A DNA stretch of 64,000 nt, taken from an uncultured virus (IMG/VR IMGVR_UViG_3300020171_000002). Lineage: Duplodnaviria > Heunggongvirae > Uroviricota > Caudoviricetes. The first letter of the stretch is position 1. Each line of letters starts with the position of its first letter. Shown one piece after another: positions 19,595 to 29,511 of this stretch. Under the pieces are notes generated by a model. It searched no databases and had not been told where the DNA came from. It saw only the letters and a program-made list of their open reading frames with translations. A program made the translations under genes and the position numbers. The stretch lies in IMG/VR virus record IMGVR_UViG_3300020171_000002, one strand, 5' to 3'.

Positions 19595-20584
19595 TTATTC
19601 ATTATTAAAAATAATTCTTGAACCATATTTGTCAAACCTAAACGGGACATGTTTAACTCGTAACATATGATGTTTCATAAATCTAAGCAGATTTTCTTTA
19701 CTTTCATAATCCTTTGTAAAAAATAATAAAAATCCATTTCCTCCAGCACCTAAAAGTTTACCACCACTTGATCCATTTTGCAAGGCTTTTTCATAAACAT
19801 GATCAATCTCAGCATTACTAACATTAGAGGCAAGAGTCTTTTTTAATCTCCATGATTCATCTAACATTTCACCAATTGGATAAACATTTCCCTTAGATAA
19901 TTCATCATAAGCACTATCACAAATATTATACATTTGTCTTAGTGTATCATTATTTTTTTCAATATTCCTGCTTTGTTCTAATAATATATCCGAAGAATTT
20001 CTTTGACCTCCAAAATAAAACAACGTTAAAGAATTTTCTAATTGATCAATTGTGCTTTCTTTGAATTTATATATAAAATTATACGGCTTCTGATATTGAA
20101 AACTAAAATGTATATTCTGAAAACCACCTTTAGCAACAATGATTTGATCTTGATATCCAATAGGTTTATTTAATCTATTTACTTCAATATTTATAGCCCA
20201 ATCAATCAAATGAGAAACATCAAATTCTGTATTAGAATATGTTGCTAAAGCATTCAACATTCCTACAAGAATAGAACTACTTGTTGCTAATCCTACCCCA
20301 CCTGGAACATCTGAGATTGTCGACATTTCTATTCCAGAAACACTAAACATTTTAATAACTTCTCTTGCTAGTTCATGATCCAATTCAAAAACATAATTTA
20401 CAAGTTCAGTTTTAGAGTATCCCAATCTGATTCTTTCATCAAAAGGTCTTTTATTTAAAATTACATAAGTATACTTGTCAATGGTAGTTGATAAAACTTG
20501 ACCAGGATTGTCTTTGAAATAATCTGGAAAATCTGTTCCACCACCAAAGAGGCTTATTCTAAGTGGAGTTTTTGCTATAATCAA
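19595..20584 (-). CDS. hddA: GHMP kinase, D-glycero-alpha-D-manno-heptose-7-phosphate kinase-like
   Basis: PLRISLFGGGTD, PGGVGLATSS, IGYQDQ, GGKLLGAGGNG. Confidence 0.85.
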   Translation of the reverse strand: MIIAKTPLRISLFGGGTDFPDYFKDNPGQVLSTTIDKYTYVILNKRPFDERIRLGYSKTELVNYVFELDHELAREVIKMFSVSGIEMSTISDVPGGVGLATSSSILVGMLNALATYSNTEFDVSHLIDWAINIEVNRLNKPIGYQDQIIVAKGGFQNIHFSFQYQKPYNFIYKFKESTIDQLENSLTLFYFGGQRNSSDILLEQSRNIEKNNDTLRQMYNICDSAYDELSKGNVYPIGEMLDESWRLKKTLASNVSNAEIDHVYEKALQNGSSGGKLLGAGGNGFLLFFTKDYESKENLLRFMKHHMLRVKHVPFRFDKYGSRIIFNNE

Positions 20585-20610
20585 TTTATTCTCCTTTTTT
20601 ATATAAGATT

Positions 20611-20639
20611 AGTTTACTACGTTTGAAGAAAAAAGTCAA
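20611..20639 (-). promoter_or_regulatory. Promoter TTGACT-N17-TAAACT
   Basis: Read from sequence. Confidence 0.55.
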
Positions 20640-20653
20640 GGATTTAATCTAAT

Positions 20654-21181
20654 CTAAATTGATTTTGATAATTCATCAACCAAATAATGTAAAATCAAAG
20701 AATGAAAACCTTCTCCAACATAAATATTACTTGTTTGAATGTTTATATTTAAGTTAGATTTTTCTCTTAATTCTCCACCATCGTTGCCCGTAAAACTTAA
20801 AACAGGTAATTTTTTAATATATCGAACATAATCTGCTGATCTAATTATATTTTCAGAATTGCCAGAAAAACTAATTGCTACAAATAAAAATCTTTCTTTT
20901 ATTCTATCTAATTGTTGAACAAAAACATCTTCGTGTCCAAGGTCGTTAGATATTGCAGAATATAATCCCCAATTATCATTGAGCGATTTAGCGTTTGCAT
21001 AACAGGCTTTTGTTAAATCCTGTACAAAATGACTTCCTGTATAACCTGATCCACCATTACCAGCAACAACAATTAAAATATTGTTTTTTATACAATATTC
21101 TAGTCCTTTGAGTGCTTTATCAATTGGATCACAATCAATTGCTAATGTAAAGTTCTTTTGCGAATATTCATGAAAATTCAT
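20654..21181 (-). CDS. gmhA: Phosphoheptose isomerase (SIS domain)
   Basis: GNGGS, SAISND, ISFSGNSENI, TGNDGG. Confidence 0.85.
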   Translation of the reverse strand: MNFHEYSQKNFTLAIDCDPIDKALKGLEYCIKNNILIVVAGNGGSGYTGSHFVQDLTKACYANAKSLNDNWGLYSAISNDLGHEDVFVQQLDRIKERFLFVAISFSGNSENIIRSADYVRYIKKLPVLSFTGNDGGELREKSNLNINIQTSNIYVGEGFHSLILHYLVDELSKSI

Positions 21182-21186
21182 TTGTT

Positions 21187-21636
21187 TTACCTCATTTCCA
21201 ATATAGTTTTTCCGTGATGTTCAACGGAGTTAATTGGTTTTATAAACTGTATAATTGTTTTTATAATTATTTCTATCTTTTCTACAAAAGGCTGAGAAAC
21301 AGATTGATGTTCGCTCTTATAATCAGATGAATAATAAGCCATAGGGACTTGTACAGGAGTAGGGTAAATGGGATCGGAAGGTATGGGAACGGGATATCCA
21401 CCAATTTCAATAGGCTCAGGAGCAGGATAGCCGTTGTTTTCCGTAGGCATTGGAATAGGATATCCTTCAATTGTAGGTGTAACAATGGGATAACCCCAAT
21501 CAAATGTAGGAGATGGTTCTGCACCATATACCACAGTTATATCTTTTGACATCATTATTATACTAAAAACAAAAATTGAAACAAAAAATATTATTCCACC
21601 AATAAACAATAAAAATCTTACATTAGATGCTTTCAT
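21187..21636 (-). CDS. Membrane-anchored Pro/Thr-rich protein with GYP repeats
   Basis: N-terminal hydrophobic helix; GYPxxxPT-type repeats. Confidence 0.65.
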   Translation of the reverse strand: MKASNVRFLLFIGGIIFFVSIFVFSIIMMSKDITVVYGAEPSPTFDWGYPIVTPTIEGYPIPMPTENNGYPAPEPIEIGGYPVPIPSDPIYPTPVQVPMAYYSSDYKSEHQSVSQPFVEKIEIIIKTIIQFIKPINSVEHHGKTILEMR

Positions 21637-21646
21637 TTTTTCTCCT

Positions 21647-22447
21647 TTATATATTGATTTCAAAATTATGTTTTACTCCTACTATCATATCATAATGTCT
21701 TTCTTTTAGCAACTGCATGTTTTTTTGTTCAGACCAATGAACAAAATTACTTACCTCAATACTTTTTCTTGTTCCACCCCATTCTAAGGGAGAATTATAC
21801 TCTATTAAATAAGATCCGCATAGATAACCTTTTTCTTTATAGGCACGTAAAAACAAGTCGGTATCATCCTGGCAAATTGGAGCAAAATCTTCATCTAAGT
21901 AATTTAACTCTTTTAATTTTTCATGATTAAATAAAATGGGAGCACGATTAATGATATCACGGACATAAAATTTATTTCTTTCCTTTAAGAAAGGAAATTT
22001 AGCGTCTCTTCCAGCTAAATCTCCAAATTCAATTTCTTCTTTAGTGTTTAAATATACATTAGCTGAATCTCTTCCCGTAACCCCTAAAAGATTATTCATT
22101 TTTAAAAATGGTTTCATTAATCTTTGATCAAAGTCTTTTTCTATAATTTCTATATCATCTTGAATATTGATAATCCAGGGATATACAGACTGTTTGAATC
22201 CAATATTACAAGATTTTACCTCAAAGATATTTGGAGTAACAAAAACTTTTACATCAAATCTATTGTTTTTATTGTTTTCTTCTAAAAACTGTATGGTTTT
22301 TGATTGAGTATTGTCGGTACATCCATCTAAAATTATAATTAATTCTTTAACATTCTCTGAAGAATTTTTATAAATTCCTGTTAGAATTCTATCAATAATT
22401 GATTCTTGATTGTGTACAGGCATTACAATAGATATGTCTTGATCCAT
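21647..22447 (-). CDS. Glycosyltransferase family 2
   Basis: ISIVMPVHN, DGCTD, QDD, DDTD. Confidence 0.85.
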   Translation of the reverse strand: MDQDISIVMPVHNQESIIDRILTGIYKNSSENVKELIIILDGCTDNTQSKTIQFLEENNKNNRFDVKVFVTPNIFEVKSCNIGFKQSVYPWIINIQDDIEIIEKDFDQRLMKPFLKMNNLLGVTGRDSANVYLNTKEEIEFGDLAGRDAKFPFLKERNKFYVRDIINRAPILFNHEKLKELNYLDEDFAPICQDDTDLFLRAYKEKGYLCGSYLIEYNSPLEWGGTRKSIEVSNFVHWSEQKNMQLLKERHYDMIVGVKHNFEINI

Positions 22448-22448
22448 A

Positions 22449-23075
22449 TTACGCTTTCTCAAAAACAATTACCGATTTATAGAAATGATATGAATAAATA
22501 TCCCTAATTGGAATAGGCATTAAATTTCTTAATTGATAAAAGTTTCCATTTGTATTTCCTAAAAGTGGAAGTTGTTGATTGAAAACTAAATTTAAAGCCC
22601 AATTATATATTACATCTTTTCCTTCGGTATATTTTTGTTCAAAATTACAATGGGTATCTTCGATAAAATATAAACCACCTCTTACTAAATGAGAAAACCC
22701 TAAATTGAATGTTTCAATTTGACTTTGGGGTTTGTGATCGCCATCATCTATAATAACATCAAATCCATAAGGAATATTAGCCCATGATTCATGCTTAGTT
22801 GAATCACCTTTATGAATTGTTAAATTTGGAGCAGAAATTTGAGGACTATTCCAGACTTCAATGTGTTCTTTATCAAAATATTCCATAATGTGAATATTAG
22901 AATCAGGAAGTGCCTCTGACCACATTAAAGCTGAAGCACCAGATCCTAATCCAATTTCTAATAAATTATTAATGTTTCTACCAGACAATAATTCTTCATA
23001 CATTTTTACATAATTATGATCTTGTTCTCGTTTATCTGTTCCATATTTGTTTGCTAAATCATATAATGTTTTCAA
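22449..23075 (-). CDS. SAM-dependent methyltransferase (sugar O-methyltransferase-like)
   Basis: GTDK..HNY, LLEIGLGSG, IIDDGDH, GGLYFIED. Confidence 0.8.
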   Translation of the reverse strand: MKTLYDLANKYGTDKREQDHNYVKMYEELLSGRNINNLLEIGLGSGASALMWSEALPDSNIHIMEYFDKEHIEVWNSPQISAPNLTIHKGDSTKHESWANIPYGFDVIIDDGDHKPQSQIETFNLGFSHLVRGGLYFIEDTHCNFEQKYTEGKDVIYNWALNLVFNQQLPLLGNTNGNFYQLRNLMPIPIRDIYSYHFYKSVIVFEKA

Positions 23076-23084
23076 TAAGTTCTC

Positions 23085-23834
23085 CTATTTAAAATTAGTA
23101 TATTTATGTTTATTCTCTAATCCTGTCATACCTTGTTCAAAATAATTATAAACAATATATCCATGAGGAGCAGGGCTAACATATTCCATTCCAATACCTT
23201 TCAATCCATATTTATAAAATAAATTTGTAAGAATGGATTGGTCTGTACGATGATCAATGAAACCAGGATCATTTTCTTCTTTTGGATTTCTATCTTTTAG
23301 AATTGCATCAGGAGTAAGACACCACTGCAACCATTCTTCAAGTAGCGCAATATTCTTTTCATTCTTTACTAGGGCAATTGTACCTGCTTCCAATTGTTTT
23401 TGATTATAATAAAACGGATCATCACAACCCATTATTTGCTGACATTTTTTAGTAGTCCAATCACCATGTCTATAATAATTAATGTTAAAGAATGCTCCAT
23501 CTAATTCTGTTTTTACTAGATGTTCAACCCAATTATAAAATCCATCATTATAAACATAATCTGTTACATCTAAATAAAACAACAAATCTCCATCTTTAAT
23601 GTGAGGCATTGTTTGTAACATGAGAAATGCCTTCCAGGAACAATAACCGTGACCAGTATTTGAGTTTTCTAAAATATATCTGGCATTTGGTAAATCATAA
23701 AATTTCGCATCTTCTAACCATTTATCATTGTAGTTAAATATAGTCTTAAAATGTTTTTCCATTAATTCATTTTGGTGAATCATCACCATTTCATACTGTG
23801 TACCTTTAGCAAACAAACATAAATATTTATCCAA
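23085..23834 (-). CDS. Putative GT-A-fold glycosyltransferase-like protein
   Basis: GYCSWKA, LFYLD, HRTDQSILT; glycan-island context. Confidence 0.6.
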   Translation of the reverse strand: MDKYLCLFAKGTQYEMVMIHQNELMEKHFKTIFNYNDKWLEDAKFYDLPNARYILENSNTGHGYCSWKAFLMLQTMPHIKDGDLLFYLDVTDYVYNDGFYNWVEHLVKTELDGAFFNINYYRHGDWTTKKCQQIMGCDDPFYYNQKQLEAGTIALVKNEKNIALLEEWLQWCLTPDAILKDRNPKEENDPGFIDHRTDQSILTNLFYKYGLKGIGMEYVSPAPHGYIVYNYFEQGMTGLENKHKYTNFK

Positions 23835-23838
23835 TTAA

Positions 23839-24144
23839 TTAATCCTCCAAATCTTCGTTAAAATTTTTAAATTTAATTAACATGTATAGTCCTAGTTTTT
23901 GTAAAAGATTTTCTAAAATCCCAAATGTAATATTTTCACAATCACCATCTTCTATCTTTTTTAATTTCCTCAATGGAATTTTATATTTTTTAGCAAATCC
24001 TTTTTGAGTTAATTTTTGATTTTTTCTAGCACGATAAACTGCAATTGATATATCTACATGATAATATATTTTCTTATATTCAACATTAAATTCTGGATCT
24101 TTTAATGCTTCTTTAAGTGCTTCTTCGTGTGAAATTAATTTCAT
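23839..24144 (-). CDS. XRE-family HTH protein (antitoxin-like)
   Basis: ARKNQKLTQKGFA..IEDG. Confidence 0.7.
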   Translation of the reverse strand: MKLISHEEALKEALKDPEFNVEYKKIYYHVDISIAVYRARKNQKLTQKGFAKKYKIPLRKLKKIEDGDCENITFGILENLLQKLGLYMLIKFKNFNEDLED

Positions 24145-24171
24145 ATTATCCCTTTAAATAAAACCTAGATT

Positions 24172-24474
24172 TTATTCCTGATCTTTCAAATATTTTTCAC
24201 GAATAAACCCAATCATAGCTTCACCAGCCATTTTCAACCAGGGAAATGAGACATCCTTATTCAGACTCCAATTGATGAATTTGTCATGCATCCAATTAAA
24301 GGCTCTTTCTTCTTGTGTAAGACCTTCCCAAACCAGACTACGTTCTTTCCAGGTATCACCCCAACGTTCATTGTCTTTATAAATTTGATTTTCTAATTCT
24401 ATAAAAAATTCAGGCAAATATTCTGGAAGAGACTTATTCAATATTTCAAAATTTTTATTGTCAGACATTTTCAA
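24172..24474 (-). CDS. Hypothetical protein
   Basis: ORF in operon. Confidence 0.55.
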   Translation of the reverse strand: MKMSDNKNFEILNKSLPEYLPEFFIELENQIYKDNERWGDTWKERSLVWEGLTQEERAFNWMHDKFINWSLNKDVSFPWLKMAGEAMIGFIREKYLKDQE

Positions 24475-24483
24475 TCCTTTCTC

Positions 24484-24777
24484 TTAGTCAAATGACATAA
24501 CGTCAATCCAACTTAAAATTTCTTCTAAATTATTTTCAATAATTGCCATTATAACACAAATAATTTTTATTTCGTCAAATCCTAAGCGAGCTTCTGAACC
24601 ACCATATCCTTCAAAATCAATATATGGATGATAATTATAATTGTATTTATTTAAGTAAATTCCAATTTCTTTTTCAAACAGGTAAAAGGCTATTTCGTCA
24701 TCATATAGTTTAATTGATATGTTTTTATCTTCACCCATTACGTCTCGTATTTCTTTGATAATTTTTTTCATTCCCAT
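24484..24777 (-). CDS. Hypothetical protein
   Basis: ORF with RBS. Confidence 0.55.
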   Translation of the reverse strand: MGMKKIIKEIRDVMGEDKNISIKLYDDEIAFYLFEKEIGIYLNKYNYNYHPYIDFEGYGGSEARLGFDEIKIICVIMAIIENNLEEILSWIDVMSFD

Positions 24778-24810
24778 AATTTATTTTCTCCTTTCAGCTA
24801 AATAAAAACA

Positions 24811-25701
24811 TTAAGATAAAATAGATTGATTTCTCATTGCTTCTGATACACGATTTTTATGTATGTGAGCATAAATTCTTTGAGTTGTTTGAATATCAGA
24901 ATGACCTAAACTTTCCTGAGCAGTTTTCATATTTTCACCATTACTCAATAAATTTGTTGCAAAAGTATGTCTGGTAGAATGGACGTGCAGTTCTTCAATT
25001 CTTTCTTTTGGAAATCCAGCACGTTCTAAAATAGAGTTGAATTTATATCTAATTCCTTCACCAGAAAACTTTTTTCCCCAATTAGACACGAATAAATATT
25101 CATTATCGGGATGTTTTTTGATTCTTTGCTTTAAGTATTTGACTAAATACACTAAAACATCATCTGGAATATAAATATCTCTTGTTTTACCACGTTTTAC
25201 AATTACATTATGAATCGTATATCCATCTAATTGATCTAATTTTATGTTGATCAATTCTGTTCTTCTCAATCCAGTTGTAAAATAAATTCCAAACATTGCA
25301 AATTCTTCATTGGTTTTACAATTTTGAAAAAAACTTTTTACCTCTTCTTCGCTAAAGAAAGTCCTATTGATTTCATTTGCTTTTAAGTTTTTTACTTTAA
25401 CCAAAGGAGATTTTTCAATTTTTTCTTCACCGACTAACCAGTTAAAAAAAACTTTTAAAAACAAGAAATAAGTATTGATTGAATTATGAGAAAGTCCCTG
25501 GTTTTTTAGATGTTGTTGATATTCCCTTCCTTTTAACGCTGAAATATAAAATAAATCTTCATTAGATTGAATATTTAAAAAGTCGAAAAATCTATCAATA
25601 GCACTCAGATAACTCTGAATTGTTTTTTCATCTTTATCTAAAGACAAAACCAATGAATATTCTTTGACAAAATTTAAGTGATTATATTTTGATGTATACA
25701 T
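24811..25701 (-). CDS. XerC/D-like tyrosine recombinase
   Basis: SAM-like N-domain; catalytic R (TGLRRTE), K, HSTRH, LGHS, Y (TQRIY) all present. Confidence 0.9.
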   Translation of the reverse strand: MYTSKYNHLNFVKEYSLVLSLDKDEKTIQSYLSAIDRFFDFLNIQSNEDLFYISALKGREYQQHLKNQGLSHNSINTYFLFLKVFFNWLVGEEKIEKSPLVKVKNLKANEINRTFFSEEEVKSFFQNCKTNEEFAMFGIYFTTGLRRTELINIKLDQLDGYTIHNVIVKRGKTRDIYIPDDVLVYLVKYLKQRIKKHPDNEYLFVSNWGKKFSGEGIRYKFNSILERAGFPKERIEELHVHSTRHTFATNLLSNGENMKTAQESLGHSDIQTTQRIYAHIHKNRVSEAMRNQSILS

Positions 25702-25730
25702 TTTATCTCCTTTTTTCTTTATTTATAATG

Positions 25731-25759
25731 ATTTTATCAGAAAGAATATCCATTGTCAA
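25731..25759 (-). promoter_or_regulatory. Promoter TTGACA-N17-TAAAAT upstream of the recombinase
   Basis: Read from sequence. Confidence 0.65.
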
Positions 25760-25775
25760 GTACCAATTTTTATAA

Positions 25776-26996
25776 TTATAATTCTCTGTTTGCCAACTCT
25801 TTAGCAATTTTTTTATATGTTTCAACCATATAGTCAACCCCATTCATATAGTCCCATGTTAAGGCATATTCAAACGGCTTCCCGTTCATTAGTTCTTTTT
25901 CAGATTCATAATTATTTAAGATATATAAAAGTTTTTCTTGCCAGTTTGTAACAGAATTTTTTATAAAACTTCCAAGACCTCCAATATGAAACAATTCTTT
26001 ATATGCTTCTCCGTAAGATGCAACAAAAGGAGTTTTTGTTAACATAAATTCTATTGGTTTAATCATTGATCGATATTGATCATATTCTCCTTCCAATGGA
26101 GCAATGCCAATATCAAATAAACTTGACATGAGTCTACCCCAATCTTCATTTTTCACATATGGCTGAAATAATTTTTTGTCATCTGGAATTTTTATTAAAG
26201 GCAATAACCTTTGATCACCAACAATTAAAAGTTTTATGTCATTTCTATCATTAATGACCTTTTCTAACGCCTGAATTACACCACTATCTTTAAAGGATTG
26301 AAGATGTGATAAACTACCTCCCCAACCTATTATTTTAAAATCTCTTTCTGTTTTTGGTATATGAATATAATTTTGTGTAACAAAATAATTAGGCATATAA
26401 TATGTTGGAGACAAGTGTTTATATTTTTTCATCATATACCTACTTGGCATAATTTGAGCATATACCATTTTTAATCCCATTTTGAATTGCCATAATGGAT
26501 GAGGATAACCTATTCTTTTTAATCTTTCTTTAACTTCTTTTACTGTTTCATTTTTAAATTTATAGTATTTATCTGAATAAACATATGATCTAAGTTCTTT
26601 AATATAATCAATTTTTTCAATATCTACTTCACCTTTATTCCAAAAAGAATAAGAAGCATTTGTTTCTTCAATTCCTTCATAATAATCATCATAATTAGCA
26701 ATAACAATCTTTCCTCTAACAATCCAATATGCAATTCTAGTTAAAACATCTCCAAAAAAATTTCTTTCTATTACAATAATATCTGTTTGTGATAAAGCAT
26801 TATTGGCTTCAACTGTGTTTTGCTCAAATAGATGAACAGGAATTAAGGAAACGTGATGACCTGCATTTTTTAATGCTAAATATGGGATAACACAACGATA
26901 AATTGAAGTATTTAATTCGCCTGGTTTATCAGCATAGACAAATGCAAGTTTTAATGGGTTTTGTTCATTATGTTGGCTATCTTTTAACTCTTCCAA
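25776..26996 (-). CDS. GT-B fold (GT4-like) glycosyltransferase
   Basis: YRCVIP, NYDD, IGWGGSLSH, DIGIAPL, SMIKPIEF. Confidence 0.8.
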   Translation of the reverse strand: MEELKDSQHNEQNPLKLAFVYADKPGELNTSIYRCVIPYLALKNAGHHVSLIPVHLFEQNTVEANNALSQTDIIVIERNFFGDVLTRIAYWIVRGKIVIANYDDYYEGIEETNASYSFWNKGEVDIEKIDYIKELRSYVYSDKYYKFKNETVKEVKERLKRIGYPHPLWQFKMGLKMVYAQIMPSRYMMKKYKHLSPTYYMPNYFVTQNYIHIPKTERDFKIIGWGGSLSHLQSFKDSGVIQALEKVINDRNDIKLLIVGDQRLLPLIKIPDDKKLFQPYVKNEDWGRLMSSLFDIGIAPLEGEYDQYRSMIKPIEFMLTKTPFVASYGEAYKELFHIGGLGSFIKNSVTNWQEKLLYILNNYESEKELMNGKPFEYALTWDYMNGVDYMVETYKKIAKELANREL

Positions 26997-27190
26997 GGGG
27001 AATTCTCCTCATCACCTTTTACTTTTTTAGTAAATCCTTTTCCTTTATAATGAATAGAATTTAAATTATATTTTCTGTGAACATTTTTAGATCTACAATT
27101 AGGACAAATTTGATTATTGCTGATCACAAATGGCTGAGAATTAATCTCAAAATATTTTCCACACTCGTCACAAGCAAAACTATAAATCAT
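26984..27190 (-). CDS. FmdB-family zinc-ribbon protein
   Basis: YSFACDECG..CPNC..YKGKGF. Confidence 0.75.
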   Translation of the reverse strand: MIYSFACDECGKYFEINSQPFVISNNQICPNCRSKNVHRKYNLNSIHYKGKGFTKKVKGDEENSPWKS

Positions 27191-27407
27191 AATTATTTCT
27201 TTCGCTATAATATTCCCTATAACATCTTTTACAAACTGGATCTCCGTTGATAAACTGTCCATCCAATAAGTCTACCATATTAAAACAATTTTCAGTTGTA
27301 CATTTTACCATTGTGGATTCATTCATTAGTTTTTCTTGGAGTTCATCTTCGGTAGAAACATTAAAATCTTTTAGTAATTGTTTAATATCTGTTCTATTTT
27401 TTTTCAT
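27180..27407 (-). CDS. Small Cys-containing hypothetical protein
   Basis: ORF overlapping both neighbours. Confidence 0.5.
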   Translation of the reverse strand: MKKNRTDIKQLLKDFNVSTEDELQEKLMNESTMVKCTTENCFNMVDLLDGQFINGDPVCKRCYREYYSERNNYDL

Positions 27408-28687
27408 TCTTGTTCCTCCTTTGTTTCATATTCGCAGTATTGAATTTTAAAAAGTGGCTTAAGTCCTCTTTGAGTTAATACATTGTTCATAGCTTCAGCA
27501 ACCCAAATTTGATTTTTTGCATATTGAAAATATTTTTTATAAATTTCAGGAAGAGGAGTTGTAAAATCTCTACTGCTAGACATAGTTGATCCATCTTCTC
27601 TCCAAGTATGCCAAACTAAAGGAACTGGATAATGATAAAAATCATATTTTAAAGAAAGTTCAAGATTCATTAAATAATCTTCATAAACTTTTACAGTTTC
27701 ATCAAATGGTGGAACATTGTTAAAACATTCTCGATTTATCATAAAACAATTTACTGGCGATATATTCATAACTAACAACAAATCTTTATTAAAATCATGT
27801 GAATAAGGAATATCTCTCCAAAAATTTTCATATTGTCCATCATTATTTTTTCTTTGATGAATTCTTACTGAATCGCAATAGACAATTTTGAATTCTGATT
27901 TTTTATTTTCTAATAAATCAATCATGCTTTCAAGAAACGTGGGATAAATTCCATCATCAGAATCAATAAAAGATATATATTTTCCTTGAGAATTCTTTAT
28001 ACCATGATTTCTAGCAGATGCCAATCCTCCATTTTCTTTTATAAATAATTTTATTCTTTTATCATTAAATAAATCAACTACTTCTTTTGCTTCTTCTCTT
28101 CCTCCATCTTGGACAACTATAATTTCAAAATTAATGTAGATAGAATTTAATATTGATTCAATACACTTGATTAAAAAATTATTTCTATTATATGTTGGAA
28201 CAATGATAGAAATCAAAGGAGTTGGGAAATTTAAATATGCAAATTCTCCAAAATATGCAAGTGCTTTTTTATCATAATCTTTTGCTGCTTCTTCGGGTGT
28301 CAATCGTGAGCTAATATATTCAGTCTTTCCATTATATGTTATGGTTGCTATATATCGATTCCCGTCTTTTCTAACTCCTTTATAACCTATTTTGTTGTTT
28401 GTATAAGGAGTTTTATTAAAATTATTTTGTTGATGGGTAGCTAATCTGAGATTGTTTTTTCTATTATCCAAGCCATTACCGTTGATATGATCTATTTTAT
28501 TTTCTTTTTTTGCATCCATAATTAACCTGTGCATATATCCAACTTTAGAATTTCTAGCATAAATTTTTTTAGACTTAGGAGAAGAATTTTCGTTCCATTT
28601 ATATTTAGAAATTTTTTCAAAATCTTTTTCATCTACTATGGCATAATTTCCGTTTTTAAAAAATACTTTTAAAGACCTTTCTTCCAC
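27404..28687 (-). CDS. HNH-AP2 endonuclease fused to GT2 glycosyltransferase
   Basis: DHINGNGLDN..N and YKGV..EAAKDYD..FGEFAYLNF run in frame into PLISIIVPTYNR..FIDSDD..YED. Confidence 0.85.
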   Translation of the reverse strand: MEERSLKVFFKNGNYAIVDEKDFEKISKYKWNENSSPKSKKIYARNSKVGYMHRLIMDAKKENKIDHINGNGLDNRKNNLRLATHQQNNFNKTPYTNNKIGYKGVRKDGNRYIATITYNGKTEYISSRLTPEEAAKDYDKKALAYFGEFAYLNFPTPLISIIVPTYNRNNFLIKCIESILNSIYINFEIIVVQDGGREEAKEVVDLFNDKRIKLFIKENGGLASARNHGIKNSQGKYISFIDSDDGIYPTFLESMIDLLENKKSEFKIVYCDSVRIHQRKNNDGQYENFWRDIPYSHDFNKDLLLVMNISPVNCFMINRECFNNVPPFDETVKVYEDYLMNLELSLKYDFYHYPVPLVWHTWREDGSTMSSSRDFTTPLPEIYKKYFQYAKNQIWVAEAMNNVLTQRGLKPLFKIQYCEYETKEEQE

Positions 28688-29511
28688 TCATTCCACCACC
28701 TTTCATTTTCAGATTTCGATAAAGACATAAAGTTTTCGGGAACATCTTGCAAAATTCTATTGGCTTCTAATTGAAATTGATCAGGATAAAGTTCAGGATA
28801 TTTTTTTATAAAATAAGCATAAAATAATTTTTGTGCTTCAGCAGTAAACCCCGAATGAATAGCTGAGTCTTCATGTACATAATAATTAAATAAAACTTCG
28901 GGAACTAGTTTTCCATACCAGCCTTTTCTGCCTAGACGAATAGTCATTTCATAATCTTCGAGATAAGACCAATTTTCAAGATTAAATCCTCCGGCTTCAA
29001 TAAACGCCTTTTTTCTAATAAGACTGCAATAAGAAATGAAATTTCCAACATTGATTAATTTATAAAAATTATATTCAGGTTGTGAAAATACTTTATTTTC
29101 TGATCCAAAGTATCTTGTATTAACATAGGCAAATCCAATTTGAGGATTTTCCCGTAATGTTTTTACTGTTTTTGTTAAAAAAAGTTCTTCGATATTATCA
29201 TCAGGATCTAAAAATAAAATAAATTCTCCCTGGCTTTTGTTTACTCCTTCATTTCTTGTTAGGGTTAGTCCTAGATTTTTATTGTTTCTATGAATAATAA
29301 TGTTGGTTTTTGTATTTTCTGAATGTTGATTTACGACATCTAACATCTTTTTATATTCTTCTTCTTTGCTATAATCATCTACAATAATAATTTCAAATTT
29401 TTTATATTTTTGTTTTAGAATACTCTCTAAACATTGATTAGTATAGTTGCTATAATTATAGTGTGGAACAATAATGGAAACCAGGTTCTTTTTATAATGC
29501 ATATTTTTCAT
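28669..29511 (-). CDS. Glycosyltransferase family 2
   Basis: VSIIVPHYN, VDD, FLDPDD, EDYE. Confidence 0.9.
   Translation of the reverse strand: MKNMHYKKNLVSIIVPHYNYSNYTNQCLESILKQKYKKFEIIIVDDYSKEEEYKKMLDVVNQHSENTKTNIIIHRNNKNLGLTLTRNEGVNKSQGEFILFLDPDDNIEELFLTKTVKTLRENPQIGFAYVNTRYFGSENKVFSQPEYNFYKLINVGNFISYCSLIRKKAFIEAGGFNLENWSYLEDYEMTIRLGRKGWYGKLVPEVLFNYYVHEDSAIHSGFTAEAQKLFYAYFIKKYPELYPDQFQLEANRILQDVPENFMSLSKSENERWWNEWKKGL

Noticed and set aside
23839..24474. Toxin-antitoxin pair around the XRE gene
   Set aside because: The upstream ORF shows no RelE/HigB-like motifs that I can recognise.
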